Made by a program: the position numbers and the translations under genes
In this document: positions 58,001 through 64,000 of the stretch, piece after piece
Layout of the letters: every line of letters begins with the position of its first letter
Numbering within the stretch: the stretch's first letter is position 1
The notes under the pieces: model-generated
What the model was told of the DNA's origin: nothing
The model's input: only the letters and a program-made list of their open reading frames with translations
Database searches by the model: none
Assembly: GCA_040437565.1 (NCBI GenBank)
Contig: JBDOQK010000034.1
Span: 248,001 to 312,000 of the forward strand
DNA length: 64,000 bases
Source of the DNA: Albugo candida
Lineage: Eukaryota
Direction: 5' to 3'

Positions 58001-61000
58001 GAAGTTCTCATCAATAAAAGAAAACCATGGTGGAAGTCAAAAAGTTTCTCTAGTGAAAGTCTTAGAACTGCGCACTAAATGCTACATCTCGTTGAAGGAT
58101 TATTCACATGCAGTCGCAGACATAAATGAGCTTGAGGATATACGCAAGTTAGAGAAGCACAGAAAGCTGGACGCAACAAACTCCTCGGTAGAGAAAACAC
58201 TCTACTTCATTTTGGTCGGGACTCTTCATTGTAAGTACGTCCTCGATCATCGCATATTTGCATCAGCAGGTCAATCGAATGAAATTTGTTTTGCACCATG
58301 GTCTTTGCGTTCTTTGACAACCATCACTCGGCAATATGATAGTATACATCTAGCGATGGACGCGTATCAGAGCGCCGTAGAAATCTCCGGGGCACATCAT
58401 CTCGTTCGGTACTTGCAAGGTCGTATGCACGCGATAACTGGTGACTCAAAATCCGCCATACAAAGGCTAACGCAAAGCTTAGCTGCGTATCCATCATTTC
58501 CACCGGCTTTATTTCTGCGGGGATGTGTCTACTTGAAAGAAGGCCTCGTCACGTTGGCTCTAGTCGACTACCATAACGTTTATCAATTCAAACGATCGTA
58601 TCCAAATATTGCCATTAGCATCGCTTACTGCTACTACATGCAGCATAAATTGGATCACGTCCTCGAAATACTAACGGAAACGATTTCTTTTGGAGACAAA
58701 AACGTGGAAATACACTACTTGAGAGGATGTGCTCTGATGAAACATCTCGCAATTAACAATGCAATCAAAGATTTTAAAAGAGTGCTGAGGACACAACCAT
58801 TACATCAGCGTGCACTCTTTCGACTAGGCGTTTGCCATATTACAGCACAACGTTGCCAAGAAGCACGCAGTATTTTGATGCAAGTCACGGCTTTGGAACC
58901 CAAGTGGTTCGAGGCCTGGCGCTCCCTTGGGTATGCTAATATGTGCCTTAATCAATACGAAGAGGCCATTACTTCATACACTCGTTCCATCGAGCTTGTA
59001 GGCCATACGAGTTCTATACGGGCAGCATCGTACCTCGAGCGTGCGATGGCATACTTTCATTTGCAAACATTTACAGCAGCATTAAGTGATCTCAACCAAG
59101 CAGTGAAGTTTGACAGTCTTCAGTTTCTGGTTCTCATCATGGAGCTCATGATATACTCCATTTTGAACGATAAGGAAAATAAGCGGCATGCCATCAATAA
59201 ATGGATTTCTCGCTGCCAAGAAAGCGATGAGGTTGCTTCGTTAAAGTGGATCATCAAAGGATATGAATTTACACCAACTTATTCATTCTTATGTCAGCAC
59301 TCGAAGAAGATAACAACCTTATCCACAAGGTCATTACAACCAGCAAGAAGTCGTTACCCTCGTCTTGATGGTAAAAGGATAGGAAGCATCAGCTCGTTAA
59401 TGCAAGCAAAATGGCACTTATTCTTCAGGATCCTGGTTGCAAATTATCGTTCATTGAAAGCGCTGGAGAGTATGAAAGTTGAGACTCCCCAATGTGACAA
59501 TGAAATTGCAAAAATTGTACAAAAACTGCGGATATCTGATACCGCTGTCATCAAAACGCGTCGAAATTGTGAGATAGCGCTTATTTTATGGGTGTACAAT
59601 AGTATTGGCATATCAAGTTTAGCAGACGGAATGGTAGAGGAGGCGATACGAGCATATACTCGAGCAATTGATAATGATTCGGAAAATGCAATTCTGTATT
59701 ATAATCGATCCCAGGCGTATGCTCGTAACCAGAGACCAGAGTCTGCGATATCAGATCTACAAATTGCAATTCGGATTCATTGTAGGTGCTTTCAGGCACA
59801 AAATAACCTTGGGATTGCCTTATTAAAGTCGAAACAGATTGGTGATGCTCGAGATGCATTTGTTGCTGGTTTGGAGATTGCTGTTAACGAAAAAGATCGA
59901 GCGATTATTATGTACAATCTTGGAACAATTTGTCATTCGCTTGAGCAGCATGTAGAAGCTTTACAATATTACGAACAAGCGATAAAGATGGACAGTTCCC
60001 GTTACGAGTTTTTCTTCAATCGAGGCTCGATATTTCACAGCCAGGAATTTTATAAGGAAGCACTGGAAGATTATAATCGTGTGCTCACAATTCTGAAATC
60101 ATCAGAGAATGATGCGACTTTTACAACTCCTGATCTTTCTAGTGTCTATGTGAATCGAGCACAAACTTATGTTTCCCTCGGACTATGCAGTGAAGCAATT
60201 GAAGACCTCATGACTGCACATCGTACACTAAAAAGCTCAAAAGTGCAGCAAGCTCGCACAAGACCCACTTTTGCACCAAATGATACACGTAAAAGAACAT
60301 CGCACTTTGATACTAACGAATGCGTCGCATCGAAACTGTGGACGTTTTGCGTTCAGTGGAAGCAAGCGCTCCGGATTGCCACGAATGACTTTTTATTCTC
60401 GTTCAGCTGTATTCCGTGCTACAACTTTTCGGAAATATATCAAAGCTTTAGCAGCCGACTTGCAGACTCGAATCGTGGACAACACGATACAATAATCGAC
60501 TCTATCGATCGTGAAAAAGAGTTTCAAATTGATAGCTCCGATTTGAAGCGCCTCCAACCATTTCAAGATGAGTCATTCTTTCAGTTCGAACAGTATGTGT
60601 CACCGAATGACTATACAAACTCGACCATAATACACTATTTTCCTCTCATCGGTCAAACGGAAGTCAAGAATGCGGTGAAGTATTGCCTGAATGGAGAGTA
60701 TACCACCGCACTTTACCACCTTCTTCGAGCTCACTACTTTTGTCCGAGGGACAGTCACGCGGAATACTTACTTCTGATGTGGAGAGTCCAAGTCATGCAG
60801 AAAGTCGCGTGTCAGGAGAAAGCTAAGGATTTCCGAGCAATAGACCTTCTATCAACTTTCCTGGAAGACCGAGAACATTTCGACTCTACTCAGGTGAATG
60901 AGGCATCCGATAATGATGAAATGTTGCAAAAGACTGAAGACTGGTTAATACAACGATCCGTTATCCGCGCTGATATGTATTCTTACTTGGGATGTTTGCA

Positions 61001-61646
61001 CCTACTGGATGGTAGTGTCAAATTGGCGAAAAAGAGCTTCAATGCTGCTATTCAAAACCGCCCAGATTATGTTATTGCATTCTTCAATCTGATTATTTTG
61101 TCGCTGGATTTGGAGAAATACGACGACGTCTTGCATCGCATCTTGCAAGTTCTGCAATTGTCCATTGCGTTTTGTGATAAAAAGGCGAAGTCAAATGAAA
61201 CGCTTGGTCTCATGTATGAGGATCGATCCATTAAAATTATCGCTCCGACAATTGTGGCATATTTCTTGCAAAGCGACACATTACCACTGATCAATGAGCT
61301 TGTTCGCGCTCTTGAACGTTATCGACGTCAGCTTACAGCGAAAAAGATTTTTGATACGGAACAAATTTTCGAAGTACAGGGATTGATTGCCGTGATAACT
61401 GAGAAGATCATATACTTGGAGAAGACACGAACCGTACCATCACATTTTGCAGAAGACAATTCGATACCATTTAGTCATAAGCTACAGAAGTTGACTCGTA
61501 ATGTGCGAGAATATACGGAACGATTTCTTTATCATTCAAAATCGACGAATCATTCGGAAGATTCCCTCTTTTCGCTCGACAACGAATTTGATACCGAACT
61601 GGATAAATTGTATTGCGAAATAGAGTCAGCGTTATCAATATCCTGA
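55072..61646 (+). CDS. Very large tetratricopeptide-repeat protein (~2,170 aa, TTC6-like)
   Basis: 2,160-aa ORF with many TPRs (AWRSLGYANM...YEEAITSYTRSIEL; YYNRSQAY...AISDL; FFNRGSIF...ALEDYNRVL). Probable short first exon from ATG 55072 spliced to 55187. Confidence 0.85.
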
Positions 61647-61963
61647 AAGCATGAGATGACGCAGACGGCTTTAATTGGTCGGATTACGTCCGTCACTAAG
61701 TCAGGTCATGACGAAACTTACATGGAATAGTCTATCCTTGCACCCACTTGAACGCCTCTATGTTATATATGTTTTTTCGCATATGAGAAAAGGTCGCTCG
61801 GTCAACTACAGACAGCAGCATTATTCCTTGGATTTGCGCTTGAGATTTATCTTTTTCGAAATATCAAATGTGTTTCGATTGTTGACAAGTTTCAACACAC
61901 TTATATCCGCTCGGTAAGAAACAACTGACAGCATCTTGACTGCTATCAATCGGCGCAACAAAC

Positions 61964-62350
61964 ATGACAGATCAACACGGTTGTGCCGAAATTTTAGACA
62001 TGACTTTTGGCGGTGCAAATAAAACACAAAACGTGGGCAGATCAGACATATACTCACCGCCGTGCTGTCCCAGTCGTGGCCATTATACGACGCAACAAGC
62101 AAGTCGAATACCTTCTCGAATCATGGATGTCTCTGGTCTACCTATCATATGTGAAAATTGTGGCATTTCATATTTCTCTTTGCAAAAAGATGTAGATGCT
62201 TACAATGCGGTGTCAGACGAGGTTGACAGCAAATCTTACTGTTCAGGAGAATGCAAGTGGAGTGTTATAATGTATGACCAAATCGAAAGGCATTTGCACG
62301 CGACATCTGAAACCAGATTCGATCCGACGTCAGTGGTCCTTACGATGTGA
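61964..62350 (+). CDS. Small FCS/FLZ-like zinc-finger protein
   Basis: CENC-x25-YCSGEC motif in a 128-aa ORF. Confidence 0.55.
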   Translation: MTDQHGCAEILDMTFGGANKTQNVGRSDIYSPPCCPSRGHYTTQQASRIPSRIMDVSGLPIICENCGISYFSLQKDVDAYNAVSDEVDSKSYCSGECKWSVIMYDQIERHLHATSETRFDPTSVVLTM

Positions 62351-62569
62351 TCGACGAGTATCCTTGTTTCTATTGACAAAAGTCAATTTAGTGAAATATG
62401 ATATAGGAATCTGTGCATAATTGTATCGCAAAAGGAATGCTGAATATGTCAGGAATGACAGGGTGATTTGAAAAAAGATAATAAGGTTGACGTGATAATC
62501 CTTTGCATTTTGATCTTAGCTCTCACAGCTTTCGTGACAACTATGCCAACAATTGAATTCGTGTGAGCG

Positions 62570-63627
62570 TCAATCTTCATCGTCATCCGCCATTTCATCT
62601 TCTTCGATAGACTGCAACGCCCATTTGTTAACTTCATCCCGAAGGGCATTTGGTACTAATTGATGTTGCCAATTTGATTCTTTGCATATCCAGCTCATTT
62701 CCAATTCGAAAGGGTGTCGAAGTTCATCGTGTAGTACGTTCAATCTATTGTAGTGCATGAGATAAGGAATCAGTGTATCCGTAGCTAACAGTGCGCAACC
62801 AACATTTTAGCGACGTATTTCATTGCTTCACGGCATGGTAAATCGAACAATTTATACTTCTCGATCTCAGTCTTTGCTGCTTGTTCTCCTTTTCCCATTG
62901 CACATCCACGGAAACTCTATTCGAGAAATGCAATGAATATCGAGTTGTTTACTACTGATTTGTAACGCGGAAGCAACTTACAAAGGTGACGCCAGATGGT
63001 TCAATCTGATACAATTTATGCTGGTTCTCATCTTGGTCGTACCCAGCAATCATTATTGTTGCTCCAAAAGGCCGTACAGATCCATATAACGTGTAATAAT
63101 GAATATATTGTCCCATGCGGTCTGCCAGAACATGAGGAGGAATTGGACTGCCGTAATTTTTCTTATAATTTAGAGCCTCCTCTCTGGCACGATTGACAAG
63201 CTGGCGTCCATCTGCAACCAATCCTGCCATAGACTAAAAGCGACAAGATATCAGTCATACAGAGACTAGACATCGAGCTCGAATGTATCACTGACAACGC
63301 CAATATGGTGATCAACCGCGAAGATGCGTCTATGTGTTCCAGTGACGAGCATTTTAGAGACAAGCTTCTTCTCTACACCTATAATGACCCCATCCGAGCA
63401 TTTGATTCCAATCGTGGTACTGGAAAATGCTCATAAATTGCATGATCTTGACGATGATTATCTGTTGCTACATACCCGCTATTTTCAACAGCCTTTTTCG
63501 CATATTCCACTTGAAAAATTCTTCCATCAGGAGAGAATGTTCCGGCAGATAGATCGTACTGTTGTGCAATAGCTCAGAGGCTGCCTACAATTTTAAAGCC
63601 ATGACTTACCCCGGCGCCAGAACTCAT
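62570..63627 (-). CDS. PSMA3: 20S proteasome subunit alpha-7 (alpha type 3), multi-exon
   Basis: [71 protein letters not shown]; acidic tail. Confidence 0.95.
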
Positions 63628-63854
63628 AAGTGAATATTGAGAAAGTGTTTGTTTTCCCTTCGATGCAGATGTTTGTTAGTTTTCGATTGCATAAGGCACT
63701 AAACGTCTAATGATTCTTTACCTTGGCAAAGATATATTCCCTTTTACCGCACAATTAGGTTGTGGTCATTTATCACATTTTCACAGATATATTGAGCAAC
63801 AATGTAATTACAGACTGCTTAGTGTGGAAAGCTTCGATTTTGCTCAGTGGGAAC

Positions 63855-64000
63855 CTAATTTTCATTTTTTTTATTTTCATTGCGCAGCTCCTCAAAGCGA
63901 ACTTTTATCCGACGCTCTATCTCATCGTCCGATATTTTGGCTGCTTTTGGTAGAATTGAAGGCAATAGCTCGTCGATATCCAATGACTTTGTCTCCTGGG
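63855..64000 (-). CDS. 3' end of a gene entering from the right edge
   Basis: Open frame QETKSLDIDELLPSILPKAAKISDDEIERRIKVRFEELRNENKKNEN*; the RFEELR end resembles ESCRT-III/IST1 MIM1-type tails. Confidence 0.35.
   Translation of the reverse strand, partial: QETKSLDIDELLPSILPKAAKISDDEIERRIKVRFEELRNENKKNEN

Overview
Gene-dense eukaryotic DNA with short GT-AG introns and tiny intergenic gaps. Gene content (START-FYVE, mitochondrial-type MinE, Tos1-like glucanase, a flagellar CCDC42/CFAP73-like gene) points to an oomycete. The AT-leaning compact style suggests Albugo, but this is inference. About 25 protein-coding genes are present: a giant (~3,580 aa after collapsing an assembly overlap) FG-GAP/Calx-beta/Ig-repeat surface protein, PRPP synthetase, bZIP factor, DEP + ADP-ribosylglycohydrolase (J1-crystallin/SelJ-like) fusion, Ser/Thr kinase, DDX6, LARP6-like protein, CCDC42/CFAP73-like, NOL11-like, Tos1-like glycosidase, mini-BRCA1, a 3-exon MinE, ABCA transporter, PH + pathogen-related/SnoaL fusion, START-FYVE, Der/EngA, PLD6/Zucchini, Adc-like protein, GPN3, a 2,100+ aa TPR protein, an FCS-type zinc-finger protein and proteasome alpha-7. 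There are seven 100-N scaffold gaps. Six have duplicated flanks (unmerged overlaps), and the pair in the ABCA gene differs at about 18 of 655 bp. No tRNA, rRNA, CRISPR or recognisable mobile element was found. The most notable items are the nested-domain giant adhesin, the DEP-ARH pseudoenzyme, MinE, the La-RRM-CSD-SUZ-C protein and the diverged ABCA copies. All family calls come from motif recognition by eye, not from database searches.
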